NCBI GenBank assembly: GCA_022449545.1
Contig: JAKUPN010000006.1
Span: forward strand, 13-64,012
Source of the DNA: Alphaproteobacteria bacterium
GTDB lineage: Bacteria > Pseudomonadota > Alphaproteobacteria > UBA6615
Reading direction: 5' to 3'
Length of the DNA: 64,000 nucleotides
Below are positions 9,398 through 20,880 of this stretch, piece by piece. Numbering within the stretch: the first letter of the stretch is position 1; each line of letters starts with the position of its first letter. The translations under genes were made by a program, and so were the position numbers. The notes under the pieces are model-generated. The model was not told the origin of the DNA. It saw nothing but the letters and a program-made list of their open reading frames with translations, and made no database searches.

Positions 9398-10276
9398 ATG
9401 TTTAAAGGATCAATCGTAGCTTTAGCCACACCGTTTCGTGATGGGGAGGTGGATGAAGTTTCTTATCAAGAAATAATTGAGTGGCAAATTTCTGAGGGAA
9501 CAGATGGCTTGGTTCCAGTAGGCACAACTGGCGAATCTCCGACATTGAGTCACGAGGAACATAAAAGAGTTGTCGAGTTGTGTATTGAGGCAGCCGATAG
9601 AAGAGTGCCAGTTATTGCTGGGGCGGGTTCAAATTCCACTGAAGAAGCAGTATTTCTTACACAGTTTGCAAAAGACGCGGGAGCTGATGGTGCTCTTATT
9701 GTTACTCCATACTACAATAAGCCATCTCAAGAAGGACTGTATTCTCATTTCAAAACGATAGCTGATACAGTAGATATTCCAATTATTATCTATAATATTC
9801 CTCCTCGGTCCGTTGTGGATATGTCAGTAGAAACTATGGCTAGGTTAGCGAGTGATTGCCCTAACATAGTAGGAGTGAAGGACGCCACACAGGATTTAGT
9901 TAGGCCACTAGATACGCGCGCTGTCATTGGAGATAAGTTCTGTCTTCTATCAGGGGAAGATGCAACTGTGCTTTCTTATTTAGTTAACGGTGGGGATGGA
10001 TGTATATCTGTTACAGCAAACGTAGCGCCCCGTGCTTGTGCACAGATGCATGACGCTTGGCAAAATGGGGATTTTAAGGAAGCAATGACAATTAACGAGC
10101 GTCTTTATCCTTTACATGATTCTCTTTTTGTAGAACCAAATCCTGTTCCATCAAAGTTTGGATTGTCTCTTTTGAATAAATCTACGATGGATGTTCGCTT
10201 GCCCTTAACCCCGGCAAATGAAAATACAAGAAAGACCGTTCAGGCAGCCATGATATCTGCAGGTATTCTTAACTAG
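9398..10276 (+). CDS. dapA: 4-hydroxy-tetrahydrodipicolinate synthase
   Basis: [32 protein letters not shown]. Confidence 0.97.
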   Translation: MFKGSIVALATPFRDGEVDEVSYQEIIEWQISEGTDGLVPVGTTGESPTLSHEEHKRVVELCIEAADRRVPVIAGAGSNSTEEAVFLTQFAKDAGADGALIVTPYYNKPSQEGLYSHFKTIADTVDIPIIIYNIPPRSVVDMSVETMARLASDCPNIVGVKDATQDLVRPLDTRAVIGDKFCLLSGEDATVLSYLVNGGDGCISVTANVAPRACAQMHDAWQNGDFKEAMTINERLYPLHDSLFVEPNPVPSKFGLSLLNKSTMDVRLPLTPANENTRKTVQAAMISAGILN

Positions 10277-10298
10277 TTAATCTTTAAGAAGAACTTTT

Positions 10299-10772
10299 AT
10301 GGCTAAAAAGTCTTTGACGGATAAAAAAATTGTGGCACAAAACCGCAAGGCTCGTCATGACTATTTCATAGAAGATAATATACAAGGAGGGCTTGTTTTA
10401 CATGGATCGGAGGTTAAGTCTCTTCGTTTAGGGCAAGGCAGTTTAGCGGATTGCTGGGCTGGTGAAAAAGACGGAGAAATTTGGATGTTCAGTTGTTACA
10501 TTCCTCAGTATTCATCTTCACATGAGCCAGATTATGTTTCTAGAAGACCCCGAAAAATACTACTTCATAAACGTGAGATGAACAGGTTACTGGGGGCAAT
10601 TCAAAAAGATGGAGTTACCTTGGTGCCCCTCTCAATATATTTTAATGATAGAGGAATTGCTAAAGTTGATATTGGTATTGCCCGTGGCAAGAGAAAGTAT
10701 GATAAACGAGAGACGCAAAAGAAACGTGATTGGGATAGACAGAAAGCGAGACTCTTGAGAGAAAAGAGGTAA
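10299..10772 (+). CDS. smpB: SsrA-binding protein
   Basis: NRKARHDY, GSEVKSLR, RKILLHKRE, YDKRE. Confidence 0.97.
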   Translation: MAKKSLTDKKIVAQNRKARHDYFIEDNIQGGLVLHGSEVKSLRLGQGSLADCWAGEKDGEIWMFSCYIPQYSSSHEPDYVSRRPRKILLHKREMNRLLGAIQKDGVTLVPLSIYFNDRGIAKVDIGIARGKRKYDKRETQKKRDWDRQKARLLREKR

Positions 10773-10876
10773 ATGTCTTCTTGCAAGTCTTAGCAATCTC
10801 CCGTTTAAGAATTAGTATTTTTGATAAATAGAAAAAGTAACCAGTAAGTTATTTATATAAAAATAGGAATAGGGCT

Positions 10877-12049
10877 ATGATTCCAAATCAATTTCCTTCA
10901 CTAAACTTTGAGCTAGGTGAAACAGCAGATATGCTGCGTGATACAGTGAGAAGCTTTTCTGATGATCACATTGCTCCAAGAGCAGATGAAATTGATAGAA
11001 GCAATGAGTTTCCTCTAGATTTATGGCCCATAATGGGAGAGTTAGGGCTTCATGGGATTACAGTTGAGGAAGAATATGGAGGTTCGGGCTTAGGTTATTT
11101 AGAACATTGTATAGCCATGGAAGAGATAAGTAGGGCTTCAGCATCAGTTGGTCTTTCGTATGGGGCACATTCGAACTTATGCGTAAATCAGATAAGAAGA
11201 AATGGTACTGTTGATCAAAAGAAACGTTATCTACCTAAACTAATCAGTGGTGATCATGTTGGATCTTTGGCGATGAGCGAATCAGGAGCTGGTTCAGATG
11301 TTGTTGGAATGCGAACAAAAGCCGAGAAGAAAGGGGATCAGTACATTCTTAATGGGAGTAAAATGTGGATTACGAATGGCCCTGTTTCGAATACTTTTGT
11401 CATTTATGCCAAGACTGAACCGGATTCAGGCTCTAGAGGGATTACTGCATTTTTAGTTGAAAAAGGATTTAAAGGTTTTTCGGTTGCTCAAAAACTTGAT
11501 AAATTAGGCATGCGAGGTTCTGACACTTGTGAACTTATATTCGAAGATTGTGAGGTTCCTGAAGAAAACATTCTTGGGGAGTTGAATAAGGGTGTCAATG
11601 TTTTGATGAGTGGTCTTGATTATGAACGCGCAGTCTTAGCAGCTGGCCCACTTGGTATAATGCAATCTTGTATGGATGTAGTAGTTCCCTATGTTCACGA
11701 GCGAGAACAATTTGGGCAACCTATAGGCACCTTCCAGTTTATGCAGGGAAAGCTTGCTGATATGTATACAACCATGAATGCCTGCAAGGCCTATGTATAC
11801 GCAGTGAGTAAAGCATGTGATAGGGGAGAGACAACACGCAAGGATGCTGCTGGAGCAATTCTTTATGCGTCTGAAAAAGCTACATTAATGGCTTTAGACG
11901 CTATTCAAGCTCTTGGTGGTATGGGGTATGTAAATGAAAGCCCTACAGGACGCCTTCTACGTGATGCTAAACTTTATGAAATAGGAGCCGGCACTTCAGA
12001 GATTAGACGACTTTTAATCGGTCGGGAGTTATTTGAAGAGACGATGTAA
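10877..12049 (+). CDS. ivd: Isovaleryl-CoA dehydrogenase
   Basis: [46 protein letters not shown]; in liu cluster. Confidence 0.95.
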   Translation: MIPNQFPSLNFELGETADMLRDTVRSFSDDHIAPRADEIDRSNEFPLDLWPIMGELGLHGITVEEEYGGSGLGYLEHCIAMEEISRASASVGLSYGAHSNLCVNQIRRNGTVDQKKRYLPKLISGDHVGSLAMSESGAGSDVVGMRTKAEKKGDQYILNGSKMWITNGPVSNTFVIYAKTEPDSGSRGITAFLVEKGFKGFSVAQKLDKLGMRGSDTCELIFEDCEVPEENILGELNKGVNVLMSGLDYERAVLAAGPLGIMQSCMDVVVPYVHEREQFGQPIGTFQFMQGKLADMYTTMNACKAYVYAVSKACDRGETTRKDAAGAILYASEKATLMALDAIQALGGMGYVNESPTGRLLRDAKLYEIGAGTSEIRRLLIGRELFEETM

Positions 12050-12088
12050 GAATAGTTTAAGTATATTAAGAGGGAGGTCTTGTGTTGA

Positions 12089-12745
12089 ATGCCTAATGTT
12101 ATAATTATTGGTGCAAATAGGGGGATAGGATTAGGTTTTGCCAAACTCTTTTCCAAGCATGGTGATTGGAAGGTTTATGCGACAACGAGAAATGTTCAAG
12201 ACCTAGGGGAGCTGGGGAATATTGACGAAAACATATCGATTTATCAATTAGATGTTGTCAAATCAGATGATGTTTTAAATCTTTCAAGAGAGTTCGAAAA
12301 TAAAAATATTGATCTAATAATTCATAATGCTGGTGTCTATGGTCATAATATGACTAGAGAGGAAGTTATGGAGGTAAATTCATTAGCTCCATTTAAAGTA
12401 ATTGACTCATTGATGCCGGCTTTACTCCGAGGTGATCATAAAAAAATAGCAATATTGACAAGCCAGATGGGTGCTCGAAATGGAGGAAAAACGCCAACTG
12501 GTGTTTATGGAGCATCAAAAGCCGCTCTTAATGATAAATTCCGTATTATTGAATCAGAGTGGCGTAAGAGAGGGATAAGTTCTCTCGTCTTTCATCCCGG
12601 TTGGGTAAAAACTGACATGGGAGGAAGTTCTGCACCAGTAGAAATTAAAGAGAGCGTGATGGGTATGTATGGCGTACTAGAAGAGCTCTGTCTTGAAAAT
12701 AGTGGTAGGTTTATGAACTGGAAGGGAATGGAATTGTCCTGGTGA
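12089..12745 (+). CDS. Short-chain dehydrogenase/reductase (CsgA-like)
   Basis: GANRGIG, HNAG, YGASK, HPGWVKTDMGG. Confidence 0.9.
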   Translation: MPNVIIIGANRGIGLGFAKLFSKHGDWKVYATTRNVQDLGELGNIDENISIYQLDVVKSDDVLNLSREFENKNIDLIIHNAGVYGHNMTREEVMEVNSLAPFKVIDSLMPALLRGDHKKIAILTSQMGARNGGKTPTGVYGASKAALNDKFRIIESEWRKRGISSLVFHPGWVKTDMGGSSAPVEIKESVMGMYGVLEELCLENSGRFMNWKGMELSW

Positions 12746-12776
12746 TGTTTATCGACAGGTTATTATATTCTAGGAG

Positions 12777-13928
12777 GTGTTTCGAGTGCTAAATCAAGAA
12801 CAAAAAATGATCCGAGACCTAGCTCGTGATTTTTCCGAAAATGAACTTTTTCCATATGCAGCAAAGTGGGATAGTGAGGTTATTTTTCCTGAAAAACAAA
12901 TTAAAATGATGGGTCAGTTAGGGTTACTAGGGGTCCAGGTTTCAGAGAAATGGGGTGGCTCAGGCCTCGGAAACACTGAACTTGCTCTTGTGATAGAAGA
13001 AATTGCTGCTGGTGATGGAGGGTGTTCGACTATTCTTGCTGTACAAAATTCTGTTGTATGTATGCCTATTGAAACTTTTGGATCAACTGATCAAAAACAG
13101 AAATATTTAAAAGATCTGGTAAAAGGTGAGGTTTTAGGTGCTTTCATGTTGACAGAACCGCATACTGGGTCTGATGCAGGTGCAATAAAGACTAGAGCCG
13201 AAAAAGTAGGGAATAAATATATTCTCAATGGGGCTAAGTCATTTATAAGTACAGGGAGTAGAGCAGGTTTAGCTATAACGTTTGCAGTAACCGATCCATC
13301 GAAAAATTCTCGTGGAATCAGCGCTTTTATTGTTCCAACGGACTCTCCTGGTTATACAGTTAATCGTATTGAAAAAAAACTTGGTCAACGGTCCTCAGAG
13401 ACCTGTTCCATTACACTAGATAATGTAGAAATTACTCCAGATTTAATGCTAGCCGAGGAAGGTGATGGTTACCGTATAGCCTTATCTAATTTAGAAGGTG
13501 GTCGCATCGGTGTTGCTGCCCAGTCTGTTGGCATGGCGCGTTCTGCTTACAATGAGGCTTTAAAATATGCTATAGAAAGAGAAAGTTTTGGACAGAAAAT
13601 AGCCAATCACCAAGCAATTGCTTTTAAATTAGCTGAAATGAAGACCAAAATCGAGGTTGCTCGCCAGATGTATTTACATGCCGCTGACCTCCGTGATAGT
13701 GGAGTTAAATGTGTAGAGGAAGCATCTATGGCAAAGTTATTTGCCTCTGAAATGGCTGAGGAGGTTTGTTCTGATGCCATTCAAATCCATGGTGGGTATG
13801 GTTATCTTCAGGATTTTCCTGTTGAAAGAATTTATAGAGATGTGAGAGTCACCCAAATATATGAGGGAACATCTGAAATACAAAAACTTGTTATATCTAG
13901 AGAAATTTTATCTGAAAATTATTCATAG
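12777..13928 (+). CDS. Acyl-CoA dehydrogenase (short/branched-chain type)
   Basis: LTEPHTGSD, LEGGRIGVAAQ, IQIHGGYGY, IYEGTSEIQK; GGAG before GTG. Confidence 0.93.
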   Translation: MFRVLNQEQKMIRDLARDFSENELFPYAAKWDSEVIFPEKQIKMMGQLGLLGVQVSEKWGGSGLGNTELALVIEEIAAGDGGCSTILAVQNSVVCMPIETFGSTDQKQKYLKDLVKGEVLGAFMLTEPHTGSDAGAIKTRAEKVGNKYILNGAKSFISTGSRAGLAITFAVTDPSKNSRGISAFIVPTDSPGYTVNRIEKKLGQRSSETCSITLDNVEITPDLMLAEEGDGYRIALSNLEGGRIGVAAQSVGMARSAYNEALKYAIERESFGQKIANHQAIAFKLAEMKTKIEVARQMYLHAADLRDSGVKCVEEASMAKLFASEMAEEVCSDAIQIHGGYGYLQDFPVERIYRDVRVTQIYEGTSEIQKLVISREILSENYS

Positions 13929-13943
13929 TACTGGGGTAATGTA

Positions 13944-14549
13944 ATGACTGATTCGCCAATCGAGTTTTATTTTGATTTTAATAGTCCCTATGGTTATGTC
14001 GGTGCTCATCTGATTGATAATATAGCCGAAAGATATGATCGCAAAACGGACTGGTATCCTATTTCGTTAGGAGTGGCTTTTAAAATAACTGGAATGAAGC
14101 CTATGAGCGATATTCCATTGAAAGGTGAATATTTTGAAATTGATAGCGCTAGAGTGTGTAGGTATTACGGAGTTGATTATCTTAAACCGGACGTGGCTCC
14201 ATTTTCAGCGACAGCTGCATCGAGGGCATTTTACTGGATAAAGGATAAAGACCCTGGGCAGGCAAAAGGGTTTGCGATGGCAATATACGCAGCGGCACTA
14301 GCAAAAAATGAGGATGTATCAGCACCTTCTAGTGTTGTTAAGATTGCAGCTGGAGTTGGTATAGATCAAAAAGAACTTCTTGACGCTCTTCAAGAACCTG
14401 ACATTAAACAGAGATTGGTGGATGAAACAGATGGAGCTATTAAAAAAGGTGTTTTTGGATCACCATTTGTAATAGCTGATGGTGAGCCTTTCTTTGGGGT
14501 AGATCGTTTTGAGATACTGGATGAATGGTTAGTTACAGAAGGGTTCTGA
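13944..14549 (+). CDS. 2-hydroxychromene-2-carboxylate isomerase / GST-kappa (DsbA-like) family protein
   Basis: FYFDFNSPYGY, GVFGSPF, EPFFGVDR. Confidence 0.88.
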   Translation: MTDSPIEFYFDFNSPYGYVGAHLIDNIAERYDRKTDWYPISLGVAFKITGMKPMSDIPLKGEYFEIDSARVCRYYGVDYLKPDVAPFSATAASRAFYWIKDKDPGQAKGFAMAIYAAALAKNEDVSAPSSVVKIAAGVGIDQKELLDALQEPDIKQRLVDETDGAIKKGVFGSPFVIADGEPFFGVDRFEILDEWLVTEGF

Positions 14550-15509
14550 AGAATAACTTTCTTCTAAGATTTTATAGAACAATGAAAGATCAATATTTCC
14601 ACCAGAGAGGATCAATCCAACATTTCTGCCCTTGTATTTATTCTTTTCCTTCATGAACGCAGCGAGGGGTGCAGCCCCAGCTCCTTCAGCAATATTGTGT
14701 GTATCCGAAAAATAATGCCTAATTGCTGTCTTTATTTCTGACTCACTAACTTTAACAATGTGATCTACAGAATGATTAATTATCTGAAGTGCGTCTTTAT
14801 CAGGTGTTCTAACTGCTAATCCATCTGCGATGGTATCTGAGTTATTTGTAGATACAGCTTTACCTTGTGAGAAAGACAGCTCATAACAAGGGGCGTTCTC
14901 CGCGACCACACCTACTATTTCTGTAGTCAGATTTAATGCTTCTCTTGCTGCAATGCATCCACAAATGCCTGAGCCAAGACCTATTGGAACATAAATAACA
15001 TCTAGGTCTTTTACACTTTTAAAAAATTCATAAGCATAAGTTGATACCCCTGTAACAAGCTCTTTACTAAACGAGGGCACCAATATTAATTCTCTCTCTT
15101 TTGCCAGTAGAGAAGAATATTCATATGCCTCCTGAAAATCTGCTCCATATTCAATTAATTCCGCACCCAAGGCACTCATGCTCATATTTTTTTCGGAAGA
15201 ATTTCCTTTTGGAACTATAATTGTTGCTTTAATACCGTTCACTGCAGCAGCAAAAGCTATAGATTGTCCATGATTACCCCTAGTAGCAGCGATAACTCCA
15301 TTGATGTTTTGTTCACTATTTGTCAGGTACGACATGTAAACTAGTCCGCCACGGAGCTTGAAAGCTCCTATAGGTGTTTGGTTTTCGTGTTTAATCCAAA
15401 TATTTGCACCCCCTCTTTTGTTCAAAAGAGGCCAATTGTAGTGGTTTGTTGGCTGCATATGGCCATAAACAGTAGTTGCTGCCTTCTCTATTTCTGACTT
15501 AACTATCAT
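14529..15509 (-). CDS. Second PLP-dependent threonine dehydratase-like protein
   Basis: KHENQTPIGAFKLRGG, ATRGNHGQS, PIGLGSG, AEGAGAA, SGGNID. Confidence 0.9.
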   Translation of the reverse strand: MIVKSEIEKAATTVYGHMQPTNHYNWPLLNKRGGANIWIKHENQTPIGAFKLRGGLVYMSYLTNSEQNINGVIAATRGNHGQSIAFAAAVNGIKATIIVPKGNSSEKNMSMSALGAELIEYGADFQEAYEYSSLLAKERELILVPSFSKELVTGVSTYAYEFFKSVKDLDVIYVPIGLGSGICGCIAAREALNLTTEIVGVVAENAPCYELSFSQGKAVSTNNSDTIADGLAVRTPDKDALQIINHSVDHIVKVSESEIKTAIRHYFSDTHNIAEGAGAAPLAAFMKEKNKYKGRNVGLILSGGNIDLSLFYKILEESYSSEPFCN

Positions 15510-15579
15510 TTTCGTGCTAACTTCCTAATCAGAGATATAAGTAATACAATAGAATGATCCTAATGAGGTACAGTGGCAA

Positions 15580-17187
15580 ATGAGTATTATAAAAACATCT
15601 GTGGACATTAATTCACAGGAGTATATTCAAAACTACAATAATATGAAGATTGTAGTGGATGATTTACGAGAAAAGATCTCAGTTATAGAAAATGGAGGAA
15701 GTCAGAGTGCCCGTGAACGTCACGAGGCGAGAGGTAAACTGTTACCGCGAGACAGAATTAGTAACCTCTTGGACTCAGGTTCTCCATTTTTGGAATTTTC
15801 TCAGTTGGCGGGATATGATCTTTATGACGATGATATCCCAGCAGGGGGAATTATAACAGGTATCGGGCGTATTTCTGGCCGTGAATGCTTAGTTGTTGTA
15901 AATGACGCTACAGTAAAAGGAGGAACGTATTACCCAGTAACCGTTAAAAAACATCTCCGTGCCCAAGAGATAGCAAAAGAAAACAATATTCCATGTATCT
16001 ATCTGGTCGATTCAGGGGGAGCTAATTTACCACAACAGGCTGGTATATTCCCTGATAAGGAACATTTCGGTCGTATATTTTTTAATCAGGCTAATATGTC
16101 ATCAAAAGGTATACCTCAAATTGCAGCAGTTATGGGCTCTTGTACAGCTGGCGGTGCTTATGTTCCTGCTATGGCAGATGAAAGTATTATTGTTAAAGAT
16201 CAGGGAACAATATTTTTAGCTGGTCCTCCATTGGTAAAAGCAGCCATAGGCGAAGAGGTTACTGCTGAGGAGCTTGGTGGATCGACTGTTCACACTCGAA
16301 CGAGTGGCTTAATTGATCATTTAGCAGTTGATGATACACATGCACTATCAATAATTAGAAAGATTGTTAGTAATCTTAATAAGACTGAGTCAAATTCTAT
16401 GACTGTAAAAGAGCCTATTGAGCCTCTTTATGACACTAAAGAAATTTATGGAGCAGTCTCTTCGGATAGCCGAAAACTCTATGATGTGAGAGAGGTGATC
16501 GCTCGGATAGTAGACGGAAGTAACTTTGATGAATTTAAAGAGCTTTATGGGGAGACATTAGTAACCGGATTTGCCCATATATATGGTTATCCTGTTGGAA
16601 TCATAGCGAATAATGGTGTTCTATTTTCAGAATCATCTCTTAAAGGTGCCCATTTTATTGAAATATGTTGTCAACGGGGTATACCACTTGTTTTTTTACA
16701 AAATATATCAGGTTTTATGGTCGGAAAAAAATACGAGGCAGGCGGTATTGCTAAAGATGGAGCTAAATTAGTTACAGCAGTTTCTTGCGCTAATGTTCCC
16801 AAGTTTACTGTTATAATTGGTGGGAGCTTTGGTGCAGGTAACTATGGAATGTGTGGGCGGGCTTATGGGCCTAGGTTTTTGTATATGTGGCCAAATGCAA
16901 GAATATCCGTTATGGGTGGTGAGCAGGCTTCTAACGTTTTGGCCACTATACGTCGGGATGGTATTGAGGCGAGAAATGAAACCTGGACAGAAGAAGAAGA
17001 AAATAACTTTAAGGCCCCAATCCTTGAGCAATATGAAAAAGAGGGCCATCCCTATTTTGCAAGTGCTAGGCTGTGGGATGATGGTATAATCGATCCATCT
17101 GAAACAAGGCGTGTTTTAGGGCTTAGTATATCGGCGACATTAAATTCACCTATAGAGTCAACTCGTTTTGGTATATTTAGGATGTAA
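15580..17187 (+). CDS. liuB: 3-methylcrotonyl-CoA carboxylase beta subunit
   Basis: [47 protein letters not shown], ends FGIFRM. Confidence 0.95.
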   Translation: MSIIKTSVDINSQEYIQNYNNMKIVVDDLREKISVIENGGSQSARERHEARGKLLPRDRISNLLDSGSPFLEFSQLAGYDLYDDDIPAGGIITGIGRISGRECLVVVNDATVKGGTYYPVTVKKHLRAQEIAKENNIPCIYLVDSGGANLPQQAGIFPDKEHFGRIFFNQANMSSKGIPQIAAVMGSCTAGGAYVPAMADESIIVKDQGTIFLAGPPLVKAAIGEEVTAEELGGSTVHTRTSGLIDHLAVDDTHALSIIRKIVSNLNKTESNSMTVKEPIEPLYDTKEIYGAVSSDSRKLYDVREVIARIVDGSNFDEFKELYGETLVTGFAHIYGYPVGIIANNGVLFSESSLKGAHFIEICCQRGIPLVFLQNISGFMVGKKYEAGGIAKDGAKLVTAVSCANVPKFTVIIGGSFGAGNYGMCGRAYGPRFLYMWPNARISVMGGEQASNVLATIRRDGIEARNETWTEEEENNFKAPILEQYEKEGHPYFASARLWDDGIIDPSETRRVLGLSISATLNSPIESTRFGIFRM

Positions 17188-17189
17188 GA

Positions 17190-17972
17190 TTGATGAGCAG
17201 TAATAAACTAAAACTCGAAGTTAATGATAAGGTTGCTAATTTGATCCTCGATCAGCCAGAAAAGCATAATGCTTTTGATGATATTATAATTAAAGAAATT
17301 AAAGATACGATTGATAATATTGGTCAAAATCCAGAAATACGTGTTCTAGTTCTTTCCGGGTCGGGTAAAAGCTTTTCTGCTGGTGCCGATCTTGGCTGGA
17401 TGAGGCGCATGTCTGAGTTTGATGAAGATGAAAACTTTTCAGATGCACGTTCGCTAGCAGATATGTTGAATACACTTAATTTATGTCCAAAGCCAACTAT
17501 AGCGAAAGTGCATGGTCCGGCCATAGGAGGTGGTGTTGGCCTTATTGCCTGTTGTGATATGGCTATAGCAGCCGACACAGCTATATTTAGCTTCTCTGAA
17601 TCACGTCTAGGGTTAACCCCTTCGACAATAGGTCCATACATCATCAAGTCAATCGGAAGTCGTAACGCGAGAAGATTCTTTTTGACTGCTGAGAGATTTG
17701 ACGCTTTAACAGCCTTAGAAATAGGTCTTGTTAATGTTGTTGTACCAGCTAACGACCTGGATCAGTACGTATCTGATTTAACTAAGACTTTATCGAAGAA
17801 TAGTCCAAATGCTATTAGGGAATGCAAAAAGTTAATTGATTATATAGATGGTCGAAATATAGATAGACCAGTGCTTGAATATACTGCAAAGCATATTGCA
17901 CGCGTACGCAGTTCTGATGAGGGGAAAGAGGGAATAACCGCATTCCTGGAAAAAAGGAAGCCAAATTGGTGA
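17190..17972 (+). CDS. liuC: 3-methylglutaconyl-CoA hydratase (crotonase family)
   Basis: HNAFD, FSAGADL, GGGVGL, EGITAFLEKRKPNW; between MCC subunits. Confidence 0.9.
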   Translation: MMSSNKLKLEVNDKVANLILDQPEKHNAFDDIIIKEIKDTIDNIGQNPEIRVLVLSGSGKSFSAGADLGWMRRMSEFDEDENFSDARSLADMLNTLNLCPKPTIAKVHGPAIGGGVGLIACCDMAIAADTAIFSFSESRLGLTPSTIGPYIIKSIGSRNARRFFLTAERFDALTALEIGLVNVVVPANDLDQYVSDLTKTLSKNSPNAIRECKKLIDYIDGRNIDRPVLEYTAKHIARVRSSDEGKEGITAFLEKRKPNW

Positions 17973-18063
17973 TGGAAGACGTTATTTATTATAATATAAA
18001 CTCACTATAAAACGTCTATCAAAGAATTAAGCGAATTGTTGATAATATAAAACGAGGTAAAAT

Positions 18064-20034
18064 TTGTTGATCTCGAGTTTACTTATTGCGAATAGGGGTG
18101 AGATTGCAGTTAGAATAATAAAGACTGCAAAACAAATGGGTATACGTACCGTAGCAGTTTTTTCAGATGCTGATTCAGAATCCCTACATGTGACTGAAGC
18201 GGATGAGTGCATACATATTGGCCCTTCAAATGTGAGTGATAGTTATTTAAATATTGAATCCTTAATAAATGCAGCGACCCTTTGTAAAGTGGACGCTATT
18301 CATCCTGGTTATGGCTTTCTGTCCGAGAATTATATATTTGCACAGGCTTGCATAGATGCCGATATCCTATTTGTAGGGCCATCTCCAGAAACCATCAAAG
18401 TCATGGGAGATAAGTCAGCCGCTAAAAGTTTGATGCAAGATTCCGGAGTACCAATTATACCAGGTTATCATGGGGAAAAACAAACTCACGATTATTTATA
18501 TAAATCAGCGGAAAAAATCGGGTTTCCTCTCCTTATTAAGGCTTCAGCTGGGGGGGGTGGAAAGGGTATGAGAATAGTAAATTGTCTCACTGATTTTTCT
18601 GAATCTCTATCTGGAGCACAAAGAGAGGCAGATAACTCCTTTGGCGACAGCAAAGTTATACTTGAAAAGTACATCCAAAAACCTAAACATATTGAAGTCC
18701 AAATCTTCGGTGATGGAGACGGTGAAGTAGTTCATCTATTTGAACGAGATTGTTCAGTTCAAAGGCGTTATCAAAAGGTAATAGAAGAGGCACCGGCTCC
18801 TCAATTGCAGGTTGATTTAAAAAATAATATTTTATCGGCTGCTGTAAAGGCAGCTGAGTCAATTAAATATGAGGGAGCAGGTACAGTTGAATTCATAATG
18901 GATACTGAAGCTCCAGAACTTGATAAATCATTTTATTTTATGGAAATGAATACCCGTTTGCAGGTTGAACACCCGGTAACCGAAATGATTTCTGGTTATG
19001 ACCTAGTGGAATGGCAATTAAAAATCGCCTCTGGTGAGAATCTTCCCTTATCTCAGAATAAAATAATGCTTTCCGGACATGCTATTGAGGCACGTCTTTA
19101 TGCTGAGGATCCTATTAATGATTTTTTGCCTGTTGTAGGAAATATCAAAAAGTTACATGTGCCAGATGGTGAAAGAATTAGAGTCGATACAGGTGTATCT
19201 CAAGGTGATCTGGTTACCATCAATTATGATCCTCTATTAGCAAAAATTATTGTTCATGGAGAAGACCGAAATAACTCTATAAAGCTATTATATCAGGCCT
19301 TAACAGAATTAAGATGTATCGGAATTACCACGAATCAAGAATTTCTAATAGAGGTTTTAGGCCATTCTGTTTTTCATTCAGGTGATTACGACACAAACTT
19401 TATAAATGAATATAAATCGGATCTTATTTCTGAAAATCAAATAATAACTCATGAAGAAATTGTTTCTGCTGTTCATTTTCTATGTAACGAAAAGTTACGA
19501 ACAAGTCAGTCTGATGGCCTAGTAAACTCCCCATGGGCATTAAGTGATGGGTGGCGTCTGAATTTGCCTTCCCGACTTACATATCACTTCTTATTTGGAG
19601 CGGATAAGATAGATGTTGAAGTTTTTGATAACGACAATAAAGAATCCATAATTATTAACGGTGAATTGAGCCATTGTTCCTGGGATAATATTAGTGATGA
19701 TATTGAAATCTTCCGAAGTGAGGATAATATTTATATTGCTAACAACTATAGGCAAAAAAGATTAATCTATGTGGATCCAGAGGTTGAGTTTGAAATAGCT
19801 AAAGTGACGTCTGGGGGTCTTTCGGCGCCTATGCCTGGAAAATTAACAAAACTCTTTGCCAGGATTGGAGAAGCTGTAGAAGAGGGCGAAACATTACTGG
19901 TAATTGAAGCAATGAAGATGGAACATTCTGTTATTAGCCCTACTGATGGCTTTGTTGAAGATATATTCTATACCGAGGGTGAACAAGTAGAGGAAGGGGT
20001 CGACTTACTTAAGCTGAAAGTGGATAAAAAGTGA
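18064..20034 (+). CDS. liuD: 3-methylcrotonyl-CoA carboxylase alpha (biotin) subunit
   Basis: IANRGEIA, GGGGKGMR, EMNTRLQVEHP, EAMKME biotin site. Confidence 0.93.
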   Translation: MLISSLLIANRGEIAVRIIKTAKQMGIRTVAVFSDADSESLHVTEADECIHIGPSNVSDSYLNIESLINAATLCKVDAIHPGYGFLSENYIFAQACIDADILFVGPSPETIKVMGDKSAAKSLMQDSGVPIIPGYHGEKQTHDYLYKSAEKIGFPLLIKASAGGGGKGMRIVNCLTDFSESLSGAQREADNSFGDSKVILEKYIQKPKHIEVQIFGDGDGEVVHLFERDCSVQRRYQKVIEEAPAPQLQVDLKNNILSAAVKAAESIKYEGAGTVEFIMDTEAPELDKSFYFMEMNTRLQVEHPVTEMISGYDLVEWQLKIASGENLPLSQNKIMLSGHAIEARLYAEDPINDFLPVVGNIKKLHVPDGERIRVDTGVSQGDLVTINYDPLLAKIIVHGEDRNNSIKLLYQALTELRCIGITTNQEFLIEVLGHSVFHSGDYDTNFINEYKSDLISENQIITHEEIVSAVHFLCNEKLRTSQSDGLVNSPWALSDGWRLNLPSRLTYHFLFGADKIDVEVFDNDNKESIIINGELSHCSWDNISDDIEIFRSEDNIYIANNYRQKRLIYVDPEVEFEIAKVTSGGLSAPMPGKLTKLFARIGEAVEEGETLLVIEAMKMEHSVISPTDGFVEDIFYTEGEQVEEGVDLLKLKVDKK

Positions 20035-20207
20035 TTATTTATCCTGAAGTATAGTTGGATATAAATAAGAAAGCTTTCTCGACATTCCTTTACTATGATT
20101 GGAAAAGGGCATACCAAAGAGCATTAAGGGTGGGGTATTTGTGTGTGAACTTTAAAATGAAAGTATGATAATATTTGTCGTTTTAACTCAATTTAAAAGG
20201 CCTGAAG

Positions 20208-20861
20208 ATGAATTATGTCCAGAAAACAACAGACAGCTCTGATAAATCTATAGATCAAATTTTAAATAATATGGCATGTCCAATTGACACCCGTATTCCT
20301 CCCATAGAACCCGGAAAAGAGTCACCGGAAGTGAATGAGCTTTATAATCTATGCCTGGATATGTACGGAATCGTGCCAAAATTTATTCAAGTCTTAGCTC
20401 ACGCACCCGGCGCAGCGAGAAGTTTTCTTGTATTCGATAGGGATATAAAAGTTGCTTCTCATAGGGAAGGAGATACAGAGCGGTCAAGAATGCAGGTGCT
20501 ATGCATATTAAAGCCCTCGCTAGATAATTCATGTCATAATTGTGCTCATCATAATGTAGCACTGGCAAGGCAGTTAGGATTTAATGAAAAACAGCTATCA
20601 TCAATATCTTCTAACTCTTGGAATCAGAATAATGACTTTACAGAAAAAGAAAAACTTATTCTTGATTGGGCAAATGCTGTGACTGATATGTCAGCGCGAG
20701 ATAAAAATACGCTTTTTACAAAAATGCTGAAGCATTTTTCACATTCAGAAATAGTAGAGTTTACATATACCACTGCTCTATGGAATTGCACTAATCGACT
20801 GGCTGAAGCAATGCATATAACGGCTGAATCGAATGATAAAGGTATAAATTGGGAAACATAA
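20208..20861 (+). CDS. AhpD/carboxymuconolactone decarboxylase family protein
   Basis: VLAHAP, SCHNCAHH (CxxC), FTEKEK..LDWA, HFSHSEIVEF, NRLAEA. Confidence 0.8.
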   Translation: MNYVQKTTDSSDKSIDQILNNMACPIDTRIPPIEPGKESPEVNELYNLCLDMYGIVPKFIQVLAHAPGAARSFLVFDRDIKVASHREGDTERSRMQVLCILKPSLDNSCHNCAHHNVALARQLGFNEKQLSSISSNSWNQNNDFTEKEKLILDWANAVTDMSARDKNTLFTKMLKHFSHSEIVEFTYTTALWNCTNRLAEAMHITAESNDKGINWET

Positions 20862-20880
20862 AGAGATACTGGAGACAAAT

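Noticed and set aside
10773..10876. tmRNA beside smpB
   Set aside because: Gap is only ~100 nt, AT-rich, with no tRNA-like ends
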